Assembly (NCBI GenBank): GCA_041663045.1
Contig: JBAZRH010000001.1
Span: 1,817-65,816, forward strand
Direction: 5' to 3'
Length of the DNA: 64,000 nt
Source: Minisyncoccota bacterium
GTDB lineage: Bacteria > Patescibacteriota > Minisyncoccia > Phycocordibacterales > GWA1-40-21
The position numbers and the translations under genes are program-made. Under the pieces are notes generated by a model. It saw only the letters and a program-made list of their open reading frames with translations. It had not been told where the DNA came from and ran no database searches. Shown here in pieces: positions 7,915 to 18,658 of the stretch (positions within the stretch are counted from its first letter, which is position 1; each line of letters opens with the position of its first letter).

Positions 7915-9837
7915 ATGGATCCTGAAAGAATCACATATTTTGGAGAGACAGATTCTAGAAGCAAACGTGTTAAATTTGGCATTAAAGCGAAAGACAGAAC
8001 TCGTCATGTTTATGTTATAGGTAAAACAGGTATGGGTAAGTCTACTTTACTTGAAAATATGGCAATTCAGGATTTGAAAAACGGCGAGGGTATGGCTTTT
8101 ATGGATCCGCATGGTAAAACAGCTGAGCTTCTGCTTGATTATATTCCTCCAGAGAGAATAAAAGATATTGTTTACTTTGCTCCCTTTGATACTAATTATC
8201 CGATATCTTTCAATGTGCTTGAAGATGTCGGTTATGATAAACGACACTTGGTAGTTTCTGGGCTGATGAGTACATTCAAGAAGATTTGGGTGGACGCTTG
8301 GTCTGCTAGGATGGAGTATATTCTTACAAACACCCTTCTTGCACTTATTGAATATCCAGACGCAACACTTCTTGGTGTAAACAGAATGCTTGCAGATAAA
8401 GAATATAGAAAGAAAGTGGTGGATAATGTAAAAGATCCCTCGGTCAAATCTTTTTGGGTTGATGAGTTTGCAAAGTATACAGATAAATTTGCTGCTGAAG
8501 CCACTCCCGCTATTCAGAATAAGGTTGGTCAATTTACTTCAAACCCATTGATAAGAAATATCGTCGGTCAACCTAAATCCACCATCGATATTCGAAAGAT
8601 GATGGATGAGAAGAAGATTTTAATTATAAACCTTTCCAAAGGAAAAGTGGGGGAGGCGAATGCGAATCTTCTCGGCTCGATGCTTATTACGAAGATCTAT
8701 CTTGCAGCCATGTCTCGTGCAGATGTGCCGGAGAAAAAACTTAAACTATTACCAAATTTTTATCTTTATGTAGATGAATTTCAGTCTTTTGCTAACGAAT
8801 CTTTTGCAGACATTCTTTCAGAGGCAAGGAAATATAAACTCAATCTTACTATTGCTCATCAATACATTGAACAAATGTCAGATGAAGTACGGGCCGCCGT
8901 CTTTGGAAACGTCGGAACATTTATAACCTTTAGAGTGGGTGCTATAGATGCAGAAGTCCTTGAAAAAGAATTTGCTCCTCAGTTTACAGCAGAAGATCTT
9001 GTAAACCTTGGTATCTTTCAGATGTATTTAAAACTCATGATAGACGGGGTAAGCTCTGTGCCATTTTCGGCATCTTCATTACCACCAATTCCCGAACCCG
9101 TTATCTCATACAAGTCAGAGATTGTAGAAAGCTCCAGAAGACAATTTGCACAACCAAGAGCTGGTGTGGAGCAGGCTATCAATAATTGGCATGAGGAAGG
9201 AAAGGGTCCAACAGAATGGCAAAAGAAACAGGAAAAAGTTGGGAAGATACCTCAACAACCAAGATCTTTTAATGCACCCCCTAACCCTTTTGGATTTAAT
9301 GGTGGGGCGAATACTAGTAGAGAAAAAAGTTACTCAAATGATAATTATAAACAGCGACCGACTCAAGCTCGACCCGTTGTGATGCCAGTAGTGAATCCTG
9401 AAGTCGTTGAGCAACCCAAAGACGAAGTTATAAGACGAGATACGCAAACGAAGAAGTCAGAAACAAAGCCTACTAGAGTAGAGATTTTTGATAAAGATAT
9501 AAGTGACGACTTTGTTCCACTCAAAGCTGTGGCTCCCCAAATAATTGCACAGGAGAAAAAGGTTGAGCAGGCTATGAATAGGAATCCGGTAGTGGAGAAT
9601 AATAAAAATATTGTCAAAAAAGACGGGAAGATAATGAGTAGAGAAAATCTATCGGCTTTGCAGTTGGCGCTTCAGCAAGCTCTGAAAAGTAATACTTTAC
9701 ATACGGATAAGAAAGCAGAAAAGGGCGTGTCGGAGAGAGAAAAAAGTTCTGGCGTACCCACTACTCCATCTCCAAAATCAGAATCCATCCACAAACCATC
9801 CGCCGAAGAGCTTAAGAAAGTTCTCGGAGTAGAATAA
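7915..9837 (+). CDS. VirD4/TraG/TraD-like P-loop ATPase with ~230-aa low-complexity K/E/P/Q-rich C-terminal tail
   Basis: Walker A VIGKTGMGKST, MAFMDPHG, Walker B YLYVDEF, SEARKYKLNLTIAHQ (TraG-D_C-like). No TM segments. Confidence 0.5.
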   Translation: MDPERITYFGETDSRSKRVKFGIKAKDRTRHVYVIGKTGMGKSTLLENMAIQDLKNGEGMAFMDPHGKTAELLLDYIPPERIKDIVYFAPFDTNYPISFNVLEDVGYDKRHLVVSGLMSTFKKIWVDAWSARMEYILTNTLLALIEYPDATLLGVNRMLADKEYRKKVVDNVKDPSVKSFWVDEFAKYTDKFAAEATPAIQNKVGQFTSNPLIRNIVGQPKSTIDIRKMMDEKKILIINLSKGKVGEANANLLGSMLITKIYLAAMSRADVPEKKLKLLPNFYLYVDEFQSFANESFADILSEARKYKLNLTIAHQYIEQMSDEVRAAVFGNVGTFITFRVGAIDAEVLEKEFAPQFTAEDLVNLGIFQMYLKLMIDGVSSVPFSASSLPPIPEPVISYKSEIVESSRRQFAQPRAGVEQAINNWHEEGKGPTEWQKKQEKVGKIPQQPRSFNAPPNPFGFNGGANTSREKSYSNDNYKQRPTQARPVVMPVVNPEVVEQPKDEVIRRDTQTKKSETKPTRVEIFDKDISDDFVPLKAVAPQIIAQEKKVEQAMNRNPVVENNKNIVKKDGKIMSRENLSALQLALQQALKSNTLHTDKKAEKGVSEREKSSGVPTTPSPKSESIHKPSAEELKKVLGVE

Positions 9838-9841
9838 TCTA

Positions 9842-9985
9842 ATGATAGATAAATGGATTTTAATCTTATTTTTATTTATAGTACTCTGCTCTGTATCAGC
9901 AATTCTTGCCCGCAGGCAAGGTATGAAAAAAAACGAACAGTCTGACACGAATCTTTCCGCAGATGATTTTAAGATCTTAGAGTAA
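9842..9985 (+). CDS. possible small membrane peptide (47 aa)
   Basis: ATG ORF MIDKWILILFLFIVLCSVSAILARRQG... in the intergenic gap. Below the ORF-track size cutoff. Overlaps the next gene's end by 9 nt. Confidence 0.2.
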   Translation: MIDKWILILFLFIVLCSVSAILARRQGMKKNEQSDTNLSADDFKILE

Positions 9986-10735
9986 ACTCTTTAGAAGTCT
10001 CAATTTTGCCCAAAACATAGCAGTAAACCAATTTGGATATTTCCCAAAATTCTTTAATACTATTGTTAAGTGATTCCATGCCATATCTATTTTTCTTTCT
10101 TGAGAGAAACTTTGAGAGTGTTTGGTGTAAGAAGTGGTAATATCTTTTAGATTTTTCATTTTACCAAATCGTCCCAATCTTAAAAATAAATCCAAATCTT
10201 CATCACAAGATAACCTCTCATTATAACCATTAATCTTTTCTACAGTATCTTTTTTATACATCACACTAGAGTGGGGGATTTGATTAGATTTTAATATTTT
10301 TTTTCTTATTTCAACATCTTCTGTTTCAAAATCAGTATTTTTTATAAAATTTTCTTTTTCGTCTATTATTTTTATATTTGAACCAATTAAAATATAATCT
10401 AGATTATTTTCTAGAAAATCAACTTGTTTTCGTAGTTTGTTATTATCAATCCAAAAATCATCACTATCTAGTATGGCTATATATTTACCTTGGGCTGTAT
10501 TAAGAGCTTTATTTCTATTTTTTGATATTCCGAGATTTGTGTCGTTTTTGAAATATTTTATCTTTGCATTGTCTTGTATCAAATCCCTTACTATTTTTTC
10601 TGTATTGTCCGAAGACGCATCATCCATGACAATGATCTCAAAGTCAGAAAAACTCTGTGCGAGAGCGCTTCTTATTGCTCTCTCTATAAATTTCTCTCTG
10701 TTATATGTGCAAATTATTACTGATATTCTGGGCAT
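9977..10735 (-). CDS. glycosyltransferase family 2
   Basis: ISVIICTYNREKFIERAIRSALAQSF..IIVMDDASSDNT (GT-A DxD region). Confidence 0.8.
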   Translation of the reverse strand: MPRISVIICTYNREKFIERAIRSALAQSFSDFEIIVMDDASSDNTEKIVRDLIQDNAKIKYFKNDTNLGISKNRNKALNTAQGKYIAILDSDDFWIDNNKLRKQVDFLENNLDYILIGSNIKIIDEKENFIKNTDFETEDVEIRKKILKSNQIPHSSVMYKKDTVEKINGYNERLSCDEDLDLFLRLGRFGKMKNLKDITTSYTKHSQSFSQERKIDMAWNHLTIVLKNFGKYPNWFTAMFWAKLRLLKSLL

Positions 10736-10737
10736 AA

Positions 10738-11595
10738 TTATATTTTTATCCAGTCTGGTGGAAGTAAATCCTTATATTCTTTTTGATATCTATTATTCCA
10801 TTTCTTTGGTGCAATGACAATTTTTCCCGGATTTTGATTCAGCCATGCGCCCCACCAAGAAAAAGAAGAGTTGGCGATGATGTTGTGTTTGCAGAGGCTC
10901 ATAAGGATTATCTCCTCTTCGTCTTTTTCTACGATAGTTGGTTTGATAATAAAAGTGGTAGTGGAGTTTGTCTTTATATTTTCTTTGGCCCACTCTATAT
11001 CGTCGGAAAATACAAAAAAGATTGGATCTTGTATCTTTTCTTTAATTATTTGTATTGCCTTTTCATAATATTCTAAGCCAAAGGTAAAGTGAGCAGATTT
11101 TGTTCTTTGGTCGTTTACATAATCGCCACGGCGAATATGTATTGATACGGAATTTGTATTGCGGATCTGTGTCAGTAGGGCAGAATATTTAGCCTCTATC
11201 GTTTGTTTAAGTGTAATCTCTTTAAGCAGTTCATTTTTTATAGGCTCCAAATATTTGTAACTTTGCCAAAAACCATCAAAATATTTTTCACTGGCATTTA
11301 AGATATTTGGTATATATCCAATATTATGAATCCTTAATATCTTGGATTTAAATATTCTGATGAATTTTGAGAATATACCCAAAGGATATTTAACCTTTAG
11401 TATTTCACTAGGAGTAGCAATCTCGGCATTTATATTAAAATTATTTAGGGTAAATTCTCTGACCGTATCTTTGCCGGAGGTCTCGCTATCAGTATCCAGT
11501 TTCAAGATATCTTTTTGATTGATGGAAATATACCTCCCAAAAGCATATTGGAATAATTGATTACCCAGGCCACCTTTTATCTTAGTTATTATCAT
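10738..11595 (-). CDS. glycosyltransferase family 11 (alpha-1,2-fucosyltransferase-like)
   Basis: N-terminal GGLGNQLFQYAFG signature of GT11. C-terminal SSFSWWGAWLN. Confidence 0.75.
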   Translation of the reverse strand: MIITKIKGGLGNQLFQYAFGRYISINQKDILKLDTDSETSGKDTVREFTLNNFNINAEIATPSEILKVKYPLGIFSKFIRIFKSKILRIHNIGYIPNILNASEKYFDGFWQSYKYLEPIKNELLKEITLKQTIEAKYSALLTQIRNTNSVSIHIRRGDYVNDQRTKSAHFTFGLEYYEKAIQIIKEKIQDPIFFVFSDDIEWAKENIKTNSTTTFIIKPTIVEKDEEEIILMSLCKHNIIANSSFSWWGAWLNQNPGKIVIAPKKWNNRYQKEYKDLLPPDWIKI

Positions 11596-12355
11596 CTCTC
11601 TTAAAGAAAAAGATTAGACTTTCATTGTCCCTTAAAAGTTTTTCCTGTTTATTGTTGTCTCTGCACATATAATAATCACCGCTTCCTTTAGTAAGAAGCC
11701 TATTCAAACCGCATCTATTGGCAATTAAATTTATTTCCCAATACGGGATTGGGTTAATATGATAATCAAAACAGTCAGGAGTGAACCATTTAAAATATCC
11801 TCTAAAGAAGAACATGAGTCTGCTTTGCAAGGAGACAATGTTGGGTGTTGTAATAATTAAAATACCATCATCTTTTAAGAGTTTTTTTGCCTCGCGAACC
11901 ATTTTCCATGGATTTTCAACATGCTCGATAATTTCTTGGCAAATAACTACGTCAAACGTTTTATTCGGAAATGGAATAGGTATTGTCTGATTTAAATCAA
12001 ATTTAATATTTTTACTATCCGATGTAGGCAGATCAATATCAAGATTATATACATCAAATCCTAGACTTTTATAAATAGATGAAACTTGGCCTGTTCCGCC
12101 ACCCATATTTAGAATTTTATTACCGCTTGTTTTTTTTGCCCTAAGAATGTCTGATAATTCTATTGAAATCGTTTCAATTACTCCAGGGGAGGCATGACAA
12201 TACAAGCAATCGACTAGACGTTTAATTCCAGAATAGACAAAACTTCTCTCATTGTGTGTAAAAGTCTCTTTCAACTTCTCAATTAATTCCGAATCATTTG
12301 GTTTAATGACTATTATATTAAGAAAACGTAAAATATTTTTTAATATCTTTTTCAT
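11582..12355 (-). CDS. class I SAM-dependent methyltransferase
   Basis: ILNMGGGTGQ motif I, acidic residue after beta2 (YNLDID), ITTPN. Confidence 0.65.
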   Translation of the reverse strand: MKKILKNILRFLNIIVIKPNDSELIEKLKETFTHNERSFVYSGIKRLVDCLYCHASPGVIETISIELSDILRAKKTSGNKILNMGGGTGQVSSIYKSLGFDVYNLDIDLPTSDSKNIKFDLNQTIPIPFPNKTFDVVICQEIIEHVENPWKMVREAKKLLKDDGILIITTPNIVSLQSRLMFFFRGYFKWFTPDCFDYHINPIPYWEINLIANRCGLNRLLTKGSGDYYMCRDNNKQEKLLRDNESLIFFFKRDDNN

Positions 12356-12382
12356 GATATGTAATATCTATTTTAGCACAAA

Positions 12383-13315
12383 TTATATGCTATTTCGTAA
12401 TTCTCTGATTATTTCAAGATATCTTTTAGTAGAGGCCTCGTCTGATAAGCTTTTTTGGCAATATCCTCTTGGGGAATAGGAGCCAAGGTTCTTCATCATT
12501 TCTTCTATTTTAATCTTAAAATCATTAAAATCCTTGAAGAATTGGCCACTTTCATTTGTAAGATATGGTGCAGATATTTGTCCGTAAGCGATTTTTCCAT
12601 CAGGGTAAGTATAGGATTTCCTCTCCAATACTAAGGTTGGGACGTTCTTGGCCCAGGCTTCCTGTAGTGCTATGCCCTGACTTTCAACTATTTGCAGATA
12701 GATCATTAGTTTACTCTTATTTAGTAATGAAAAATACTCTGCTTGTTTATAATTACTATACCTGATTATTTCAAACTTATATTTTTTTGTTTGTAGATAA
12801 TTCTGAACCGCATTCGCAAGTTCTAAATCTACATTTTTTATAAAAAGTAAGATATTATCTCTTATTATAGGCGTATCTTGCGATATTGGAATATCGGTTC
12901 CGGCCGGCCATATTGATATTTTTGCTGACTGTTCTTTTGTCATATTTTGGCTATAGAAGTCAGCAACCCATTGTGAGGGGACTAGTATAGTGTCAATATT
13001 TTTGTCTAGAAGTATCCCATCCTGGTCATTTGGGCTTATTATCAGGTTCGGTCCAGCAATAATTCTTTTGATCACTCCGTTGCTTTTAAGTTTTATTGTA
13101 TCTTTAAGGGCTTTTACACCACTAAGCACGTGAACTGACTCGAATTTAGGAATCTTCGGGTTTATCTCATAATCTATTTGTGATTTATTTAAACCTCGAA
13201 TGAGGCTTTCAAGAACAGCTTCAGGACCGCTTTTTTTATTGATTATCTTTCTAACGAGCCACTTAAGATACTCCTTAGAAAATATGTTATTAGTTCTAGT
13301 ATAAATAGAAATCAT
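12383..13315 (-). CDS. hypothetical protein in glycan locus (possibly GT-B-like)
   Basis: Intact 310-aa ORF inside the glycosylation cluster. No motif recognised. Confidence 0.4.
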   Translation of the reverse strand: MISIYTRTNNIFSKEYLKWLVRKIINKKSGPEAVLESLIRGLNKSQIDYEINPKIPKFESVHVLSGVKALKDTIKLKSNGVIKRIIAGPNLIISPNDQDGILLDKNIDTILVPSQWVADFYSQNMTKEQSAKISIWPAGTDIPISQDTPIIRDNILLFIKNVDLELANAVQNYLQTKKYKFEIIRYSNYKQAEYFSLLNKSKLMIYLQIVESQGIALQEAWAKNVPTLVLERKSYTYPDGKIAYGQISAPYLTNESGQFFKDFNDFKIKIEEMMKNLGSYSPRGYCQKSLSDEASTKRYLEIIRELRNSI

Positions 13316-13992
13316 TAGATTCTTATTAATTTATCATTAAATGAATCGTGCCATATTACATTTAAATATGGAACTTCTTTATACGAAAGTCTATTATTTA
13401 TAATAAACTTATATAAATCTCTCTCAATGCTGATTTTCATCATCAACATCCATTTTATAGATACATTATCAACATATTTTTTTAATTCAAGACTTTCTAT
13501 TGCTACTAACCCAGTCATAATTTGAACTAATCTAAAAGTAAATATTTTGTATTTTCTTACTAGGACTCTTTCAACTCTAAAGTAATTATTAGGGTCGCTA
13601 AGGAATCTTTCGAAAAAAATGAAATTCTCCAATTTCTGCCTTGGCTCAAAACTAATTATGTATTTATATCTTTCACCAATTACTGATAATATTTTTTGCC
13701 ACTGTATTATCAGTCCTGCACCTTTATTTTTTCTTCCCGCCTCATTATTTAGAAAAAAACAAGTCTTTAAATTTGGTATTTTGGATAAAACATTTTTGAT
13801 TTTATCATCGATTACGGAAGGATCTGCCAGTGTGCTATCTACCAAATAAAAATCAAAATCCATTGGGTGTTTCCTAGCTAAGACAATCATTTGCTCTAAG
13901 CCCCCAGCATATTGATCAATACGGTTTTTACTATCAGTGTTGCTGTTTGTTGTTGTAATAAACGCGGTTGGTAGAATTATAGCTGTTTTCAT
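13315..13992 (-). CDS. hypothetical protein in glycan locus
   Basis: Intact 225-aa ORF, 1-nt overlap with the upstream gene. Confidence 0.4.
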   Translation of the reverse strand: MKTAIILPTAFITTTNSNTDSKNRIDQYAGGLEQMIVLARKHPMDFDFYLVDSTLADPSVIDDKIKNVLSKIPNLKTCFFLNNEAGRKNKGAGLIIQWQKILSVIGERYKYIISFEPRQKLENFIFFERFLSDPNNYFRVERVLVRKYKIFTFRLVQIMTGLVAIESLELKKYVDNVSIKWMLMMKISIERDLYKFIINNRLSYKEVPYLNVIWHDSFNDKLIRI

Positions 13993-14955
13993 ATGATTCT
14001 TGTTAAGAAGATTATTTTGGTATATAATGAAAAAATGATTAAGAATAACCCTAAAATTTTAATAACTGGTGGTCTTGGCTTTATATTTTCGCATGTTACT
14101 GAGTACTTTGTCAATAAAGACTGGAACGTTGTTGTGATTGACAATGAGTCAGACGGTTCGCATCCAGAAATAATAAATGGGACATTTAAGTATTATAAAA
14201 TGGATGTCTCTGATCATAACATCATAAATATTATTTTAAAAGAAAGTCCCGAGTATGTTTTACATGCTGCAGCGATATCAGATGTAGATTTCTCTATTAA
14301 AAACTCTTTTAAAACCATGAGCAGTAATATATTGGGTAATTTACATGTGTTTGAAGCTAGTAAAAAACTCCCCAATTTAGTTAGGTTGTTGTATGTGTCT
14401 ACCGATGAGATATATGGAGAGTGTGGGCATAAAAAGAAAGAAACAGAAATAATCTTTCCGAAGAATCCGTATTCTTGTTCAAAGGCAGTTGGATCATTGT
14501 TAAGGATCGCCTATGACAACTCTTTTAAAGAACTTTTTGATAAAACCTCTGAAACCAGGTTTTGTAACGTTTTTGGGCCAAGACAGGATAAAAGAAAAAT
14601 ATTACCAGCAATAAAGGAAAGTTTAGATGGAAAATATTCTATACCATTGCATGATGGAGGGACAGGGTACAGAGAATATATTTATGTAAAAAATATACCA
14701 CCTGTAATTGATTTGATACTGAATTCAGATAAGGGAAACAGAGTATTCAATGTGACATTGAATAATGGTTATACCGTGCAAGAGTTGATAGAAAAAGCCG
14801 AGGAAATTACTGGTAAGAAATGCTTAACCCATCCAAGTCATAGGGAAGGCATGGACTTAAAATATCAAATGAATGCGACGAGGTTGAAGAGATTAGGTTG
14901 GAAACCACTTTATACATTTAAGCAAGGTTTAAAGGAATATTTATTAGATAAGTAA
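13993..14955 (+). CDS. NAD-dependent sugar epimerase/dehydratase (extended SDR)
   Basis: ILITGGLGFIFSH Rossmann motif, YVSTDEIYGE, YxxxK region. The true start may be the ATG at 14035. Confidence 0.75.
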   Translation: MILVKKIILVYNEKMIKNNPKILITGGLGFIFSHVTEYFVNKDWNVVVIDNESDGSHPEIINGTFKYYKMDVSDHNIINIILKESPEYVLHAAAISDVDFSIKNSFKTMSSNILGNLHVFEASKKLPNLVRLLYVSTDEIYGECGHKKKETEIIFPKNPYSCSKAVGSLLRIAYDNSFKELFDKTSETRFCNVFGPRQDKRKILPAIKESLDGKYSIPLHDGGTGYREYIYVKNIPPVIDLILNSDKGNRVFNVTLNNGYTVQELIEKAEEITGKKCLTHPSHREGMDLKYQMNATRLKRLGWKPLYTFKQGLKEYLLDK

Positions 14956-14968
14956 TAAATCATTAATT

Positions 14969-15991
14969 ATGAAAAAAGTAAAACTTTTTAAGCCGTTTGT
15001 TTCATGGAGAGCTATTGTAAACGTGGTGCGTGTTTTGCTCTCTGATCAGCTAGCGGAGGGTCCACAAGTAAAGAGATTCGAAAAGGAATTTTCCGAAAAA
15101 TTCGGACTTAAGAATGTTGTAGCTGTTAACTCCGGTACTACAGCGTTAGAGCTTGCTTACGAATTAGCTAAGATTGAGAAAGGGGACGAAGTAATTACAA
15201 CAGTATTTACATGCACAGCAACCAATATACCTCTCATTCGTCGCGGAGCGAAAATTGTCTTTGCTGATATAGACAAAGATTTAAACATTAATATTGAAGA
15301 CGTGAAAAATAAAGTTACTCCGAATACCAAAGCTATCGTATTTGTTCATTTCGGCGGGAACAATAGGGGACTTAAAGAATTAATAGAATTTTGTCGGGCT
15401 CGCTCAATAAAGTTAATCGAAGATGCAGCTCAAGCCGTTGGGAGTGATTTTTGGGGTAAAGCAGATTTCGCTTGTGTTTCTCTGCAGGCGATTAAAACAC
15501 TTTCTAGTGGTGATGGAGGGTTTCTTATTTGTAAGAGTGATGAAGATTATAAAAAAGCTCGCAGACTTAGATGGTTTGGTTATGATAGAGACGAGAAACA
15601 GAAAAAAGGTGATATAGATCTTACTGAAGCGGGATATAAATATCATATGAATGATATCACAGCAGCAATCGGTCTTGGGAACCTATCTGTTATTGATAAA
15701 GTTATTAATCACAGAAAAAAGCTTATGAATATTTATTCAGAAGCTGGGCTGAACAGTCATATCTGGATGACTGCTGTGCTTGGTCGTGATTACGCTTCTT
15801 TATCAAAGAGGCTTAAGGAACACGGTTTTGAGACGGGTCAACATCATTATCGTAATGATAAGTATACTCTTTTCGGAGGCAGACAAAAACTTCCAGTTAT
15901 GGATTCTATAGAAGATAATTATTTTTTTATTCCTATGCACCACGCTGTTTCAGTTAAGCAAGCGAAAAAGATAGTTTCTTTACTTCAATAA
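14969..15991 (+). CDS. DegT/DnrJ/EryC1/StrS-family PLP-dependent sugar aminotransferase
   Basis: VNSGTTALELA, GDEVITTVFTCTAT and lysine-region context typical of the family. Confidence 0.7.
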   Translation: MKKVKLFKPFVSWRAIVNVVRVLLSDQLAEGPQVKRFEKEFSEKFGLKNVVAVNSGTTALELAYELAKIEKGDEVITTVFTCTATNIPLIRRGAKIVFADIDKDLNINIEDVKNKVTPNTKAIVFVHFGGNNRGLKELIEFCRARSIKLIEDAAQAVGSDFWGKADFACVSLQAIKTLSSGDGGFLICKSDEDYKKARRLRWFGYDRDEKQKKGDIDLTEAGYKYHMNDITAAIGLGNLSVIDKVINHRKKLMNIYSEAGLNSHIWMTAVLGRDYASLSKRLKEHGFETGQHHYRNDKYTLFGGRQKLPVMDSIEDNYFFIPMHHAVSVKQAKKIVSLLQ

Positions 15992-16017
15992 TCTCTTAAT
16001 TATATATTATCTAAAAG

Positions 16018-17715
16018 ATGAAGACGGAAATCGAAAAAGAATATGGGGAACAAGAATATGTTCGCCATACAGCGCCATACAAAGCATATCTTCAAGCATT
16101 AGAAGCGGTATTTGATTGGACGATCGTCGATAGTTTTATAGACCTTGGTTGTAATAATGGCTGTTTGATCGAAGTTTTGCATAGAAAGTATCCACATATC
16201 GATATTTTAGGATTAGATTATTTTGAATGGGCGAAAAAGCACGCAGACGAATCCATTCGCGAAAATATTAAAAAGGCCGATTTGGGCTTACCATACAGTT
16301 TTGGAAAACAATATAGTATTGTTAATTGTTCAGAAGTTGGTGAGCACCTTCCGCCGAAGGTGGAGGACGTATTGATAGAAAATATAACCAAAGCGTCTAA
16401 AGATATAATTATATTGACATGGTCTAATGTTAAGATCAACTCTACCAGTAATAATCAACATGTTAATCCGCATTCCAGAAAATATGTAATATCGAAGCTT
16501 AAGCTTAAAGGATTTGGATATTGGGAGGAAGCTACAGATAAGATTATAAATATTTTAAGATTATCACTCGATGGAATTGGACATATGTGGTGGGCAGACA
16601 ATATTATGGTATTTAAGAAGATTGTCTTTTTCCCTATTAAGTCGCGATACTTTATTCAGGGTATTAATACAAATAATGAATCCCATAAGAAAGACTTGTC
16701 ACCAAACAGATTCTCTTCTTATGGAAGTAAGACATTGCAATTCGAATTAAAAGAGCTTACCGACAAGATCAGATATTGTGTTGCAAATAGAATAAAACTT
16801 AGTATTTTACGTGCAAGTGATGGTGATTATTTTTTCTTAAAAAAAATACCTATAGGAAGTGCTAGTCCTGGAAGAAGGGCGCTTACTATTGCTTATGAAG
16901 ATATAAATATAGACTTGTTTAGGTCTTCATTTTGGCATAATGATGTCATTACCTTTAATCTTGGACCAGGAACGATTACCTCATGGAGGAGTTTTATAAT
17001 GACAGAGTTACCCGTAAAGATTCTTGGTAAGATTTTTAAGAGGGGATTTCATTTATTAAATAATAAGAAGATAAGATACGGTTTAAATCTAATATCAAGA
17101 TATCTTACTTTTCTTAATATTCTACCTATAATCTCTGTCTGGCTGTATTCTTTCAAGAGGGGTTATGACTATTTTAGAAAAGCCTTCAGGCTTACCCTAG
17201 GCGATACTCCATCCTGCGAATCTGTCTATGCTCTCGTCACGACGAAATGGCTTTTTAATAATTTCAAAGATGAAATAGGTATAATTGCTGGTGACGAGAA
17301 ATTGGAGCTTATAAAAGAACTAGCTAGTAGAAAAGCGTATTGCGAATATATAGGAATAGAATCCTTTTGTGATTATATTCCTGTCCCGCAAAAAGGCGCG
17401 GCTAATAATGTAGAGGCATTGGCTAAGTCGATGTCTGAAAAGGTTAGTAAGAGTAAAGCAAAGATATTTTTAGTCGGAGCGGGAAGTAGTAAAGTCGCTC
17501 TTATCCCTCTTTTACAGACTTATAGTGATGCCGTCTTTATAGATGTCGGAGCCGGCATAGATGCTTTAGCCGGAATTGTGTGCCAAGATCGTCCTTATTT
17601 TGCAGATTGGATAAATTACCGCATAAAAGACAGAGATTATTCAAAGATCGATTTTATGGATAAGGGCAATCCAGCATGGAATAATCCTGTTTACAAAGTG
17701 GTGACCATATCTTGA
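16018..17715 (+). CDS. two-domain protein: N-terminal SAM-methyltransferase-like domain plus unknown C-terminal Rossmann-like domain
   Basis: FIDLGCNNGCLIEVL (motif I-like) at the N-terminus. C-terminal IFLVGAGSSK..DVGAG. Length 565 aa. Confidence 0.45.
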   Translation: MKTEIEKEYGEQEYVRHTAPYKAYLQALEAVFDWTIVDSFIDLGCNNGCLIEVLHRKYPHIDILGLDYFEWAKKHADESIRENIKKADLGLPYSFGKQYSIVNCSEVGEHLPPKVEDVLIENITKASKDIIILTWSNVKINSTSNNQHVNPHSRKYVISKLKLKGFGYWEEATDKIINILRLSLDGIGHMWWADNIMVFKKIVFFPIKSRYFIQGINTNNESHKKDLSPNRFSSYGSKTLQFELKELTDKIRYCVANRIKLSILRASDGDYFFLKKIPIGSASPGRRALTIAYEDINIDLFRSSFWHNDVITFNLGPGTITSWRSFIMTELPVKILGKIFKRGFHLLNNKKIRYGLNLISRYLTFLNILPIISVWLYSFKRGYDYFRKAFRLTLGDTPSCESVYALVTTKWLFNNFKDEIGIIAGDEKLELIKELASRKAYCEYIGIESFCDYIPVPQKGAANNVEALAKSMSEKVSKSKAKIFLVGAGSSKVALIPLLQTYSDAVFIDVGAGIDALAGIVCQDRPYFADWINYRIKDRDYSKIDFMDKGNPAWNNPVYKVVTIS

Positions 17716-17734
17716 TTTTATTGATAGATCTTTT

Positions 17735-18658
17735 TTAGTTTATTTTCTTTAGTATACAGATATGTAAATCTCCAACGAACCACCCCTTCTCAATTAAGAA
17801 ATCATCCATCTTTTGAACCACGTCTTTTATTATTCTTGGCGACTTACTCCAACTGTTTTGCAATCCCGGTAATGCAGCAAAGTTTCTGAAGTATAATATC
17901 TCTAAATCTTTTCTGTCATACAACTCTTTATAATCGTCTGCAGAAGATATAGATTCAAACGGGGAGGTATTGTGAGAATGAGCAACTGATTCTGCGAATT
18001 TCATACTGAATAAAATACATGGAATTCTATAGAATAGTATTTTTAATAATTCTTTGATATTTAATTTAAATATTGCATGAGGTAGTCTGTTTAGGATTGA
18101 ATATAGGAAGGCGTTTGTTTTTAATTGTATAGCTTGATGAACCCAGGTGTCATTGATTATAATAACCCCCTTTTCTTTTAGTAGATTATCAATACAGTAT
18201 CTTAAGGTATTAAGCGGATCTACCAAGTGGTGTAAGGTGCCTTGAGTGATTATACAATCAAATTTTTGATAGAATTTGATTCTGTCTATTTTATTCAAAT
18301 CTCCCCGTAATACTATGCTTTTATGGTTGTATCTTTTCTCTAAATTATCATTTAATGATATATCTATTGAGGTTATGTCTTTTACTCCACTTAGATTTAT
18401 AATTTCATTGGTTAACCAGCCATCAGCGCTTCCTAATTCCAAAACACTTATATTATTTCCACATTTCCTAATATATTCCAACATGAGTTCAGTCGTGCCT
18501 CTTCTATAAGTTTGGTAAGGGGCCGACTCTTTTCTCTCTTTAAAACCGCTTCCATCTTCTGAACCTTTATACCTACTCCAGATTTCTATCTCTTTTTTAA
18601 GTAAGTCATCATACTCCTTGGAGTTTACCGTCATCTTGTCTTTATTATATCTTTCCAT
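17735..18658 (-). CDS. class I SAM-dependent methyltransferase
   Basis: VLELGSADGWLT motif I, DCIITQGTLHHL, GVIIINDT. Confidence 0.65.
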   Translation of the reverse strand: MERYNKDKMTVNSKEYDDLLKKEIEIWSRYKGSEDGSGFKERKESAPYQTYRRGTTELMLEYIRKCGNNISVLELGSADGWLTNEIINLSGVKDITSIDISLNDNLEKRYNHKSIVLRGDLNKIDRIKFYQKFDCIITQGTLHHLVDPLNTLRYCIDNLLKEKGVIIINDTWVHQAIQLKTNAFLYSILNRLPHAIFKLNIKELLKILFYRIPCILFSMKFAESVAHSHNTSPFESISSADDYKELYDRKDLEILYFRNFAALPGLQNSWSKSPRIIKDVVQKMDDFLIEKGWFVGDLHICILKKIN

